64,000 bases of DNA from Prorocentrum cordatum (Eukaryota): NCBI GenBank assembly GCA_963575745.1, contig CAUYUJ010000032.1:1-64000 (forward strand), in the 5' to 3' direction. This document shows, piece after piece, positions 50,762 to 64,000 of this stretch (positions are counted from its first letter, which is position 1; every line of letters starts with the position of its first letter). The notes beneath the pieces are model-generated. The model was not told the origin of the DNA and searched no databases. It saw only the letters and a list, made by a program, of their open reading frames with translations. Made by a program: the position numbers and the translations under genes.

Positions 50762-50915
50762 TACAGTCGAGGCGCTGAAGAAGGAACCCTTTTCGTTGGG
50801 GAGGGGCTCGGTGTTCCGTGATTGTTTCACAGCTTGCCTCAGGTTTTCCTTATGTTTTCGATGGGAAATCGAAGGTGCTTAAGTTGTGGAAAAAAAGGGG
50901 CCTCGTTCCTTATTT
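50762..50915 (+). repeat. Dispersed repeat homologous to ~2086-2240
   Basis: tacagtcg.ggc.ctg.agaaggaacccttttcgttggggaggggctc...tttcacagcttgcctc. Confidence 0.85.
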
Positions 50916-51860
50916 TGGGTTCCTTATTTTGGGGCGTCTGGTCACTGCCGTTGCCTGTGTGAAGCAGTTTGGGATCGCATGTTTCTGCCGATTCGCATGA
51001 GCATGCAGCGTTCGAGCCTCTCATTCGGACTGGTTCGGTGTCTTCCCGCTTCGCCTCATCCTTATCGTTATCGTCCTTTCAACTTACAGGTTGCCGTCTC
51101 GGCCGCCGAACCTGAAAAAACCAGAGGACATTCGCGGAATCGGAATTTGAGGTGTAAGCGGCCCTGACGGCCGCACATAAAAATGGAGAGTGATAGAGAG
51201 ACATGGAAAGAGAGAGAGAGAGAGAGAGCGAGAGAAAGAGCGAATGCGAGAAAGACTAAATATGTACAGAGACAAATCGAGAAACCTGGAAAGAGAGAAA
51301 GAGACGAAGAGGACGAGAGACACAGAGAGAGAGGGATTCTCTCCTCCCCCCATCCGCCCGCCCACCCACCCCACATCCCACCTGCCCACCCTCCGCACTG
51401 CTCTCCATCCGATCCGTATTCCTCATTCCTATGTACCCCTACTCTGCCACCTAGCTCACCGATAGCCGCCAGATCAGTGACCTCTCATCTTACTTGGCTT
51501 AGAAATGCAAAGTTTACATGGGCGCTTTTTTGACATGGACAGTGTGGCGTCCATGTCGCAAAACGCGTGGCTGGAACGGGACGGGGCACACATCCCGCGC
51601 GAATGGCCGAAGTGTCGACCTCGCGTCGGCGCCGCGCTCACGTTTCTAGAGAAGTGAGCTCCCGCGTGGGCGCGGCGCACAGTTTCCGCGCGCAGCTTCG
51701 GCAACACGCGAGCGGGCGAAGATGTCGTCCTCGCCTGGGCGCCGCGCGGGTTCCACGCGGGCGCGGCGCGGCTTTGCGATATTCGCCAAGTGGGGCGGGG
51801 GGGGGGGGGCGCGCGAGCGGGCGACTCGTCGCCCTCGCCCGCGCTCCCTGCCTTGGCCTC

Positions 51861-51980
51861 GCTCGGACGTGTGCAGTTTTCCTTCGGCGGAGGACCATCG
51901 AGGAGCATCCTTTGGCGAGGACGTGTGCAGTTTTCCTTCGGCGGGGACCATCGAGGAGCATCCTTTGGCGAGGACGTGTG
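51861..51980. repeat. ~54-bp tandem repeat, about 2.3 copies
   Basis: ggacgtgtgcagttttccttcggcg(a)ggaccatcgaggagcatcctttggcga. Confidence 0.85.
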
Positions 51981-52964
51981 CATGTTTCCTTTGGCGAAAA
52001 AACCACGCACGAAACCGACAAAAACACACATGGGAATGGACGTCCGAGCGATGGCGAGCTGTGCACTTCGCTCGGCAGTGGCCTTCCCGCGCGAATGGCG
52101 CGGCGCGTGGCTCGCTCGCGGGAGCGCGCGAAGGCAGCAGGTGGCGGCGGGGCCGCGCGAGGGCGGGCGAAATACATACCGACCTTGCCCTCCTCCTCCT
52201 CCTCCTCCTCCTCCTCCTCCTCCTCTCTCCTCCTCCTCCTCCTCTCTCCTCCTCCTCCTCCTCTCTCCTCCTCCTCCGAGGGCCGCGCAAAATGTGCGGG
52301 TGAGAGTGGCAGGGTCGCGTCAGCGCGGCGCGTGCTTCCTCGTCGCCGCGCCCAGCGGAAGCGTTGCCGCTCCCGCCCTTTGCGCGGCCCGCGTAAGGTT
52401 TCCCTGCGCCAGGTCGGAGGCGGGGCCGCGCGCGAGCGCCTTGCCGCTTTGCTAGGTGGGAGCGCGCTCCGATCCTGGTATCAGGTTGTGCCACATATGA
52501 TTCTTATGTGATGACAGGGGTGGTGGGGATAAGCGGGCCCAACTGACTCGCTCGACCTGGCCAACATGACCCTCCCCATACTCGTCCTCACCCTTTCCAC
52601 CTCTCCCTTCTCCTGTTCCGCGGTCGGAGACGCGTCGAATCCCAGCCCCGCCTCTCCTCCTGGCCACTGGGCCTGAGACCCACTGGGTCAGGCTCTTACA
52701 AGACCACACTTCCAGGCGAAGCAGCGCAAGGGAGGAGCACCTTCACTGAGTGTTCCTTGCGACATGCTCCCACTCCTCCTCTGCGTCTCCCTCCCCCCGC
52801 TTCTCCCCCTTTCCACATCTGCCTGCGCCCTGCCCCGCGATCCTCCTGGTGGGGGCTGGGCGGCTGCACAGGCATAGGGTGGCCACCGGTGGCTGCCCAC
52901 CCATCGATCGCGCTACGCGCCCATTTGGAACGCGGGGTCCGCCAAGGAATGCGGCATCCTCCTG

Positions 52965-52995
<31 letters not shown>

Positions 52996-55539
52996 TCCTC
53001 CTCCTCCTCCTCCTCCTCCTCCTCCTCCTCCTCCTCCTCTCCCTCCTCCTTTCCTTGTAGAACTCCTCCCTGTCGCATCACTAGACGTGTCGGTAGTGCA
53101 GGGCGGGCATTTCGCCCGTTTCAAAGTGGGGTTTTCGCCTTAGCGCCGCGCCCATGTATTCAAATGTTTAACTGTTCGAACGGTGATCTACAAATGTGGA
53201 AGGCGATACGTTTTCAAACAATAGACTGCTCGAACGGTGGTCGGGTGGCTGAGCCGGAGTGCAAAACAGTTGTTTGAACATCCAGCAAGTGGTCCTGAAT
53301 TCTTAACCACCATTTCGTAATCTCACAAGGTGGTTAACGAGGCCGGGATCTTGCGTGGACCGTCCGCAAAACCGGCCAGCCACCATGTAGATTGCCAGAT
53401 GGTGGTTAGGACTACTTGGGTAGTTTGTAACAGCGCGGGCACATCTAAGTAACCACCATCGCACTAATCACCAAGTCGCCCATCATAAAAGAAGATGGTT
53501 ATCGCCTTTGCGCCGCGCTCATCCATTTTCAAATACTGCAGCGATTAATTACCAGGATGGGGGACTCTTCCTGTTCTGAAACGTACTTTCGCTTGAGACT
53601 TCCTCAAAATTCCAGACGCTTCGCGCAACCCCACCAGCCCATCCCGAAACGATGCCCAGGCAAGTTGCCTAAAACAGGGATGTGGAGGAACACGTAGTGG
53701 AATAAAAGGCTGGGGAAGCCGCCGTACCCCAAGAGTGGGGGGATTGAGGAGGAATCAGAGGAGGAGGAGGGGGAGGGGGAGGGGGGGGACAGAGGAGGGA
53801 AGAGAAATAGACGGATGAGGATCAGGAAGAGGAAGAGGAGGAGGAGGAGGAGGAAGAGGAGGTTGAAGGGCAGGAGGGCGAGCAGAAAGGCCAGAGGCCT
53901 CTTGGACGTCTCTTGAAGTCTCTTCAGATGTCTCTTGAGGGATTCTTGGGGTCATGCTGGGACGTCTTGGGGACATCTTTGCGGTCTCCGGGTTCTCTTG
54001 AAGCATCGTGGGTGTCGTAGGTGCCTCGGAGGAGCCTCTTGGGGCTCTCATGGGAGCCTATTGGGGACCTCTTGGGGCCTCTTGGGGGCCTCTAAAACAT
54101 GAAACAGCTGCACGGAGAAGGCGGCTCTCTGACAAAATGCGGACATCGCGTGAGCTCTCCTTTAAATTTAGTGACGTGGCGGTTCCTTTCAAAGTGGGGA
54201 TCTCGATTGACGTCTCGGTGAGCTTGAGAATTCGACCTTCTCGCTTTCCTGATAACTCGCTTGAGCAGGGCTCTCGCCTGAATGCCAGGCCCAGTGGGTG
54301 CTCGCAATTGAAGAAGGCGCTTCTTTCAGTGAGAAGGAACGCCTGTTGGGGCATATGAGTGGGGGTTCGGGACGGGAGGGTGTATGAAAGCAGCGATGGT
54401 TCATCCTGGGTTTACTCTAGTCCTCTTCCTCCTCCTCTCTCTCCATTATCGCCACCTTCTCCCGCCTCATCTTCCCCCATGAGCGCGAGTTAGGAGGGAC
54501 GAGGAGGAGGGACGAAAAGGAAGACAATGGCCACGACGAGGACGACGAGGAAAATGGCGACGTCGACGGCGTGCTGTCCCAGCCAGCGCGGCCAGGGCAG
54601 CCCTGGCTCTCCGACCGCTGCGCGCGCGCCTGCGCGCGCACACGGCACGGCGACGGCGGCACCCAGGACCCTGCAAGAAGTTCGCCGCGAGGACGCCGCA
54701 ACGCGCCCCGAGCCACCTGTGCGCGCAATGACGGCGGCGGCGGCATCAACAGCGGCGGCGCCGCCGCCGGCGCGCGACAGCGGCGACGGCGATTGCGCTG
54801 GGCTGCTTCCTGCTGCACTCGCCGCAACCCTCGTCGCACCGATGGGGCCCTCCATTCCAGCCCCATCCATCATCCTATCTCCCGAGGGCCCTCTTTGTAT
54901 GTCTACAAAAAAGCCCCCTGGGCGTCGTCGTTGTGGTGAGATTTCTCGGCGCATCCAAGCCGAGAATTGTGAGAATCATAACTATTCCCGTTTAGGCACG
55001 CCAGGAAGCCCTGAAGAGCGTCGTCGTCGTGATGGAAATTCCCAACGCTCTCACATGGCTGCTCCAAAGTACCTCCTCCCCCCATCCCTCTTCCGCGCCA
55101 CCCCCCTCGTCTGGAGGGGGGGGAGGAGGAAAGGGAGGAGGAGGAGGAAGGGGAGGAGGAGGAGGAGGACGAGAAGGAGAAGGAAAAGGAGAAGGAGAAG
55201 GAGGAGGAGGAGGAGGGAGAGGATGACGGGCAGGAGGAAGAGGGGGCGCGGGAGGAACAGCATTGGAAGCAAATGATGTCGAACGAATTCTGGGACGGAA
55301 AGGGGGTCTTTGATCAAAAAATCACCCAACTATTCGTTGCTTTGTTGATTTATTGTTTGTTTTCCTTGTCTGTCCTAAAGGCGTTCCCAGGAGGAGGAGG
55401 AGGAGGAGGAGGAGGAGGAGGAGCAAGAGGAGGAGGAACAGGAGGAAGAACTGGAACCGAAAAAGAGTAGTAAGAGACAGGGAGGGGAGGAAGGCGTGAT
55501 GAAGGAAAAACACAATCATAAACACAAAAAAACAGCAGT

Positions 55540-57500
55540 TGGTCGAGATCATTAAAGAGATTACGGAAAAGTTGCGCGACGACCCCCACTATCACAGAGA
55601 AAGGGCCGTCGAATCCCCTTGTCTTGCAAACGAGAAAGCTTGTCACGCTTGACAGAAAGCCGGAAGTCGAAGGTCAGAAATGCGGTGGCGTTTTTTCTTC
55701 AACCTACTCATGCCGCACAGCGGAACGTTTTCTAAGAAGACGTTCGAAGATGAACAGACCAACGCCATCCAGACGGCGGACCCCGTACAAGGTGGCACGA
55801 ATATGATGCATACAAGGTTCGAGTTTTCATGGTTGAATGTATGGTGATTCGTTGTCCCATCAGCGGAGAGATAAAACGCCTTGGGCTCGATGTTCAGAAC
55901 TGCGGTGAAGACGTGCTTTAAGTATCCGCTAAATCGTTAAAGGAAGACACGAAGTGGCTGTCGGTCTACGTCATCGAACACGATGAAAAGTGGGAGAGGC
56001 ACGAGGATTCCTCGTTCCTTCCCGTGCTCAGCGCAAAGTTTCGCCCCACTGAACCGACTGCCGCGCAGGCTGAAGCTAGGCGGGGTGGAGATTTTCAAAG
56101 TAATGTTGCCTTCCACATGAACGCGAAGCTCGGCCCCTCGATTGAAGGACAATGAGAGATGCGCCTCGAAGGAAACTAGCAAGAAAGGCACGTATGATCC
56201 GAAGTCTAAGGACCTAACAGCCGCGATGCTTGCCGTGGTCTCAGGCCCTTTGCCGCCAGAGGCTCAAGCCCTGAGGAGGCTTGCTGCATTCCACGTGTCG
56301 GAGCACGCGGAACCACACCACGATTGCGCCGGCGTGGAGATTTCGAAGGATGGCCAGGAAGAACCAAGGATATTCATTGAGGTGACGTTTGATTCCCGCG
56401 AGTTTGACCGAGGAACCGCCCCGGACACGAACATTTTCCTCAAGTCGAAGGAGCGCCTCGCCCCACGAAAGACAGGTAGAGGCGGAATATCCATGGACAG
56501 TGACGAGGTGCATTGGATTAGAGAGATGTTGTTGTGGGCCTTTAGGTCCTTGTTCGGCGGCTGCCACCAAGTCGGGGCGCATGGTCCAACTCTCTGAGAT
56601 TGCGTCCCACATGAGAAAGGTCGGGATTCACCCCGATCGCAACTCGCCCCGGGAGAACGAATCACGAAGCCTCGCGTCGACGCGTGCGAGAGCGAAGAAG
56701 GATGGACGGCTTGCCTGAAAGATGAGCAGCATTTATTTGCTGATTCGAGCGAGCGGCACACATTCCACTGAGCGCGTCGATGAACGACGGACCCCCCCCC
56801 GCCTACGAGACAGGGATGGAAGACTCACGTGGAATGGTGGTTGCGTTGCTCGCAAAGAAGAGATACAGGGACCCGGTCAGGACTGAGCCTGGAAGATTTC
56901 TTCAGTTGACTACGGCGCGACCCCATCATCGAGACCGAAACCACATCGGGTTTGACATAGCGCATAGCGAAGAAAGGCGCGGGAAGGGTCGCCACGCCGG
57001 AGGATTCCTTCGGCGGCTTCGCGCCCCCGCCCGCCGGCGATGAGCGCGGCGACCAGCGGTTGGAGGAACGCACCGCCAACTGCTCCTCCGCGATGGGGGA
57101 GTTGGATTACATCAGTTCGCTGAAAATATTAGAACCAGGGACGACGAGCGCCGCCGACCCCCCTGATCCTCGCTTCAAGACAACTACGACCCCTTTCGGG
57201 GCCAGGTGTCGCAGCCCCGATCAAACAGAGCCCGACTTTCAGCGCGGTGTCCTCGGCTTATGTCATCAAACTGATAGGTGGGGCAATGTCGCGAATCAAC
57301 GCACACGGTCGCACGCCCATAAGCGCGCGCCTTTCTCCCACGATGGAGCCTGGCTGCGTCGCCGCGCCGAACGAATGGCAGGCGCTTGCGAGGATCGAGG
57401 GCGTTCGACGCGACCTGCCCGAGGACAGCTGACTCGGCCGGGGGGCGCCCGCCAAAAAGAAAATTGATTTTGTTTGCGAACACGTTGAACAGCTGGGACC
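55540..57500 (+). pseudogene. Non-repetitive, apparently decayed coding region; possible D5-like/SF3 helicase remnant
   Basis: Short protein-like ORF fragments; loose motif resemblance only. Confidence 0.25.
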
Positions 57501-58432
57501 CGGGGCTCTCGCGCGCCCGCGCTGCGAATGGCGAACCGCCCACGCAGCGAACAACGGGCGGTGCTTGGGAGAAGTTCTGCCCAAATTTGGATTGCGCGCG
57601 GTCGCGGTCGAGCCGCGCGCGGCGGGCCCCCCCGCGGCGCACGCAGAGCGGGGCTCGGCGTCGGTCGCCGCGGCCACCCCGGAGGGCCCCGCCCCGAAAT
57701 GGCAGCGGCGAGAAAACACTTGTCTGGCCAGGGCGAACAGTTTAAACCAGAAGATGAAAGACCACCGCCAGCTGCGGTCCGCCACGCACGGGCCACGACC
57801 CCCGAGTGGAACGGGGAGGGATGACCCCGCAACTGCTGCTTCCCTCGCATGAGCCCCAGAGCACGAGCAGCGACAGAAAGCGGCTTGCCCCTCCTCCCCC
57901 CCCAATCCACGAGGAAGCTCGGCAAACTGGCTAGGGGGTCGCAAAATCTTGCGGGGCCGTCCTGCCTGCTAGCGAGAAAACGTTAGACGACGTCGTGGCA
58001 TCCAGGTGCTCGTTCCCTAATCGACACGAGTCCGAATGCCCAGGAGTTCGGCTCCCTGCGCATCTTCGATTGGATGTTCTCCGATCCCGGGAGAGCGGAG
58101 GAGCGCGGCCCCGCAAACGATGATCGGGGGCCATGGGCCGCAGAGAGAGGAGCCAGGCTGACATTTATAATCGCTGATTTGGTTCGCAGAGCAAACCCCG
58201 AGTAAAGCGCGCAGTTCGCGCCATTTGCAAAGGGGTGAGAGGCTGCTCGCAAGCGCAATGAGGCGCGCACCAAGCACGACAACATCGAACTGGAAGATGA
58301 CGCACCCAACCTAGATGCGATTCATGGTCGAGAGCGCATCGCCGCTTACGGAAGTGCCACATTCACGACCGACCACTGGCCAGCGGCCTGTCCGGGCCCT
58401 TCGATTTTCAAGAGAGAGAGAGAGAGTGAGAT

Positions 58433-58487
<55 letters not shown>

Positions 58488-61400
58488 AGCCCCCCACTCC
58501 GATGGAGCACGCAACGAACGAGGCGGCCGCGGCCGAAACAATCAACGGACCAGAACAACCCGCCCGCTTGCTCCCGACCGCGACCGCGGCGCAGCGGCGT
58601 CAGCCCGATGCGGCCCAGAGACTTGGAACAACCCAACGAAAGTTGCAAGATGAGTCGGGCCAGGGCCAGTCGAGCGAAGAAGCGCGCGCGACGTGGCACT
58701 CAGGAGATTCGGAATTGCTTGCGCGAGGTATAGCTCGCGCCGTCGAGAACGCGCCCCGTCGTCGCGCCGACCACGCGACCGTGGTGAACGAAGGAGAGGT
58801 AGATTGCGCACCCCGCGACTGCATCTTTACAATACAACGTGGATCGGCGCTTGCGCCATGGGGGGCCCTCTGCTGGCGGGATTCAAAAACGACGCGATCC
58901 AGCCTGTTGGCTTGGTCGAGAGATGTTCTCGACATCCTCTGCAGGGGTTGGAATCTCGTTGATGCTGGTCTATCCGCACATTCGCGGGAAGCAATGGATC
59001 GAGCGATCGAGAGGCATGGCGCGCGATGCGCCGCGAATGCTATCTCGGTGATCAAGAGTTATCATGAGGTGGAGAGTCAATCCCCAACTGAGCATTTTGC
59101 CGCCGCGTCGGCGGCCAGCAAGACTGCGCAGCCCCCGCCCCACACCGACGGAGTCGTTCATGGGCGATCCTGTCGGCCCTGGCCTGGGCCTGGATTCCGG
59201 GCGCAACTGGAGGACGACCTGAAACGCAGAAAAGGCGAGAGTGAAGACGCCCTTGCCGGCAAGTCCGTCTCGAGCAAAGGGGCGGGGACAGGCCGGGAAC
59301 AGGGACAGAGACAAAGGAGGTTGGCGCGCTTCCTGGCGCAACAATCATCGGGGTAGCGACACCAGCAAGAGCCGCGAGAACGAGGGCGATACATGGCGGG
59401 GCAGAGCCCCCGAAGCTGGCGGCGCCTGCGGCGGCGACAGGAGTTCGGGCAGCAGAGGCAGACGCCGCGAAACCGGCAGCGCCAGTGGCGGCGACCGGGG
59501 CTCGGGGAGCGGATGGCGCGAAAATGCATGGAAAGATGAGTTTGGCAAGTCCTCGTGGACATGCGACTCCGCGAAGATAGTGGACAAGAAGGACAAGAAA
59601 CTCGGCCGGTCGAAGAAGTGCTCGTGGTCGTCGCGAGCTGCGCGGCGACACGGTCGGCCGCGCGATCGGCGCCGGGCGCCCCGCGGGCCCGGCGAATCAA
59701 CGAGGGGTCCGTCGAGCGACCGCGCCTTCGCCGCGGCAGCGGGAGGAGGCGTTGCTCGGGCGGCGAGCGCTGTAAAACATGTTCTGGGACCGGCGCTCCC
59801 TGACGCTGCGTGCGGAAGGCTGACAGGCGGAGGCGCGACTGCCCCATTGCCCGACGCGCGGGGGGGGGGGGGTCGATTCCTTTCGTTCCCCCCCTGCCTT
59901 CTTTTGCCCTTCGCGCGCGCGCCCCTCGAAAGAAGTGGCACAACCTGCAAGTGTACTGGGGGGCCGAGCGTGGCAGCGCAGCAGGAGGCGCGTGCGCCGC
60001 GCGCGCGCCTTGCCATGTCGCCTGTCAACGTCAAAGGAGGTTCCACCCCCAACATCCAGGTTAAAGGATCCATTGGACTAGGAGAAGATGACGGAGAAGC
60101 TACACCAGATGCGTCAGGTTATCTTGATCCTCGGGACAAAGACAGAAGGGGTCTCCCTTCGACCGAACTACGATGTTGCTCAATTTCACTTTGGCCGTTT
60201 TACTTTGGCCGGCGCGCTTCAGGATGAGGGCCCAGGGAAAAGAAAGGGGGAGTTGCGATGGCGACGACGAGTCAAACGAAACAGCCTTCTTTCGCACACG
60301 CCGACGCGGTTGGCGGATTTAGCGTTCCTGATTTCAGCAACCCAACTGTAGCTTTGGAGTGGTGCCCTCATGTTCTTCGGATTGGGGGCTCCCCACCTTG
60401 GAGCGCTCTTCGTCTCGGTATCTGCATGGCTCCCTCGTCCGTCGGCGAGGGGGCTCGGGGCCCGATGGTGGGCCCCAGATGGCGACGTCGAGGAAGAACG
60501 CCAGCTTGGAAAAAAACAGATCGGCTGAGACCTGGGACCCGGAGGTCGCAGATCGATGCCCGGACTTCTCCCAGGGTGCGCTCTGCCCAGAATTTCTAGG
60601 CGGACCCAGCCGTGGCCACGAGAACCCTCCTGGAGGCCCAACAACGCAGAAAAATTCGACTCGAATTTCGAAACCTAGAAACATGTCTTTGCCCGCGACC
60701 TTCTGGCCACGTTTCGGCTGTATTCTGCCTTGGGTCACCATTGTAGGTCAACCTCGCTTTTAGCCGGTGCGCCTCGCTGGGGGGGCACGCGGCGCCTTCG
60801 GCGCGCGGTTTCTGCGAGCCTTCGGGCCTTTCCTTCGCGCTCTTTTGTTGCGCCGCCGTCGAGATCATAGGCGTGACTTCCGGCGCCGCTGGAAGATCTG
60901 CATGGCCTGGGGACCCCCAAACGGTGTGTTGACCACAATGCGTGATGAGCCAGTGGGGACTTCAGGTCACGCTGCTTTGGGACTCCGAGGTCATCACGCT
61001 GTCCGTCACCACGCGGTTTGGGGGCCTCGAAGTGGTCTGAGATCTTTGGCCGCTCCGCGGCCGTTTCCTCTTCCCTTCTTGTCCTTCCTTTGCTGCTGCT
61101 CCTGCCGGGATTAGCCACTGACGCGTCCCGCCGTTGGCCCGACCGCTTGTTTGACCCAACTCACCGCCGAGCAAGAGAGTGTGCCTTCGACGGCAGCCCA
61201 GCTTCGGGCTGCCAACTGCCAGCTGGCCGGGGGGGCCCCTGTTTACAGTGGCGAGCGGCGTTTGGCACCCACTCACACGCTTCTCCGGTTCGGTGCTATA
61301 TCTCATCTCGGGAGCCGACCTCCCTCTTCCTTTGGAAGTCGGGGCTGCGGGATTCTGTGCTGAAGCCGCGGCTCGTGCTGGTGTTTTGCGCGCCGCGCGG

Positions 61401-63784
61401 CCGGGTGAAGCGCGAGCTCCTTGGGTCGCCAGGGCGGGTGGCGGACACCTGCTCCCCCCGCGGGCGGGACATGCCGCGTGTCGTGGCGCGTCGTGAGGTG
61501 AGGCGTCGTGAGATGTCGAAGGCGTCGCGGCGCCGTTATGCCATGGCGTGGTGCTGCTTTCTCGCGGTGCTCATCATATCAAGCCACGATTTCACGAGCA
61601 GGCGCGACGTCTGCCGCACCGTGCTCGACCGGCTAGCTTTTTGCGCGGCGAGGGGGATGCTCAAGCGCCAGCGCATCTTCGTCCACCGTGACCGTCTGCT
61701 CCTCGTCGCCCTCCTCGTCCCCGCCTCTCCCACGTCCCCCCCGTTTCACCTGCCACACGGCTCTTGCTCCTCGAAAAAGGGAAAGCAGTGTAAGCATAAC
61801 CTTTTCGGAGTTCCGCGCGGACCTCCGAAAGCTTATGGTTATTCAGTTTTGCCCCCGAACGGCGAACGATGCCGGGGATCTGAGCTGCATGCACGAAGAG
61901 AACACGCTGCTGGAGCCCAGAGGGTCAAGAGCCTGCCGCCGCCGTGCCCTGCCGTGTGCCCTGCCCGCGTGCCGCGGCGCGCCGTGCCTGGATTCTGGAA
62001 CGCGAGAAGCGTGCCAACTCTGTGCCCGCGCGCCGCGCCGCGCCGCGCTCGGGCTCCAGGGTGTGGAAGAAGAGCCGCGCCCGCGTGCGCTCCTGGGGAG
62101 TTCCAGCGTAGGCGCAGCGCCTCTTGCACCGTGCGTCTCGGCCGGCGCACTGGGGGGGGGGCAAGTTTGATCTGTGAGTGGACCACTACACCTTTACACC
62201 TTTACACCACTTTGGAAAAGGGTGCACTACAACATTGCACCATTTTGGAGATGGTGCAAGTTTGAAGATGATGTTATTATTAACCACTACACCATTACAC
62301 CAGTTTGAAATTTGTGTAGGGTTTACACCACTACACCATTACACCATTTGAGAGATTGGGTCAAGCTTTACACCACTACACCATTTTGGGGAAGGGTGTA
62401 AGCACTACACCTTACACCGTTCTAGGGAAAGGTGCAAGGTTTATTCTAGTGCGTTGCACCGCTGAGGGGGGCGGACTGGCTGGCTGGATCAGGCTTTTGA
62501 GCGGGGGGGCAAGCCCCCCCCCAAAGATCCTTAAGGGGAAAGGTCAGAAACAGAAACACCCTCAGCAGCCTGTCCAGCCAGCCGCCGGCTGGCCGGACGA
62601 GTCTGCTGAGGGAGAGGGTCCAACTTCTGATGGGAGGGGAAAACCCCTAAGGATCCTTGGGGTTCCAGAAATATCCTCAGCAGCCTGTCCAGCCAGCCGC
62701 CAGCTGGAGCAGCCGGCTGAGGGGGGTGGGTGTTGATCTCCCCGAAGGATCGCGGTGTGATGGCGTAGTGGTGTATTGGTACAGTGGGTTGCTGAGGGTG
62801 TTTCTGACCCCCCCGCCCCAAAGGATCTTTATTGGGGGGGGTCCAGAAACACACTCAGCAGCCCATCGAGCCAGCCGCTGGCTGGACCAGTCTGCTGAGG
62901 GAGGGGGTCAGGCGGCTGCTAATGGAGGGGGTCTACTGCTCGAGCCGGCAGGACAGAGGTTGGGAGTTTTCTGGCTCTCTGGAGCGCTTCTCGTCGCCAC
63001 GGCGGAGCGTAACCCGAACAACTCGTGCGCTTTGAAGCCCTTAGGAATCCGAGGGATATCAACGGCCAGGCACGACAGAGTCAAGGCGGAGTGGGGGAAG
63101 GGAAAGAATGGAGGAACGTAATGGAGGAAGGAGGATGAGACAGGAAAACTTATGATGCGTTTAGCAGGCGAACTGGTGTTGACAACTGAAACTTTCTATC
63201 ATAGCCGTCTTGGAGTTTTGATGGGCCGTCTTGGGGCCATGTTCGGCTATCTCTGAACCCTCTTGAGGGTCGCGGAATGCAGTTTTGACCCCCCCCCACA
63301 GGATCCCTTTGGGGGGTCAACAGCACGTTTGGGAGCATGATTTTGCTCGCTGATATACGACATGCATCTTCGCGCTAGATCGTGTCATGGAGTAGTAAGA
63401 CGTCTCAGGGATTTGCTGAACCGTCTTCAGACTGGTTGTCTCGCTTTGAAGCCATGTCCGGCCGTCTCTGAGCCCCCATGAGGCCGCAGAATGCGGTTTT
63501 GTTCCCCCCACCTAAGGATCTTCTGGAGGGAGGCAAGATTGCAGTTGCGAGTACGATCTTTGCTTGCAGATATGCAACATCCATCACCCGGTGGAGTAGT
63601 GGTGTAAAGCATACACCATCCCACAAAATTATCCCGGCAAAGCAACCTAACAGCGATGTGTAGGAGCATATCTGGAAGCATTCCCCTTAAGATTCGGATG
63701 AGAATCCAGTTGTAGAATTCTGCTGTTCTCGCAGTCGTAGTCGCATTCGCGATGACAGTCGCAGTGGCAACGGCAGTCGCAGTC

Positions 63785-64000
63785 ACAGCCTCAGCCTCAG
63801 CCTGCCTCAGCCTCAGCCTCAGCCTCAGCCTGCCAGCCTCAGCCTCAGCCTCAGCCTCAGCCAGCCTGCCTCAGCCTCAGCCTCAGCCTCAGCCTGCCTT
63901 CAGCCTCAGCCTCAGCCTGCCTGCCTCAGCCTCAGCCTCAGCCTCAGCCTGCCTCAGCCTCCTCAGCCTCAGCCTCAGCCTCAGCCTGCCTCAGCCTCAG
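63785..64000. repeat. (CAGCCT)n hexanucleotide repeat
   Basis: Seen directly. Confidence 0.95.

Noticed and set aside
58502..62265. ORFs of 284-415 aa
   Set aside because: No recognisable motifs; long ORFs are expected by chance at this GC content.

Overview
Repeat-dominated, GC-rich eukaryotic genomic DNA. Two perfect copies of the 22-nt dinoflagellate spliced leader (DinoSL) and micro-exons with GA/GC donors point to a dinoflagellate; a Prorocentrum-like source is only a guess from GC and repeat content. Main contents: (1) a decayed Copia LTR retrotransposon (34354-47493) with TG...GA LTRs, an AGGTC target-site duplication (TSD), an iMet-type primer binding site (PBS) and a polypurine tract (PPT), whose gag is split by a 7.3-kb insertion; (2) inside that insertion, a LINE (36520-42182, minus; ORF1 zinc finger, ORF2 APE-RT-CCHC-RNase H, RT core deleted) that starts with a full SL plus a relict SL and is flanked on both sides by (GGA)n; (3) a second SL-capped 2.6-kb element (2303-4940, minus), also embedded in (GGA)n, with no poly(A) and a similar 3' stem-loop; (4) three micro-exons that join into a DnaJ J-domain; (5) an intronless sugar-porter 3' half next to an assembly gap; (6) many satellites, MITEs and palindromes. 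The best candidate for an undescribed system is an SL-trans-spliced, (GGA)n-targeting retrotransposition system: a LINE plus a non-autonomous partner or retrocopy. Most long ORFs in the supplied track are microsatellite artefacts.
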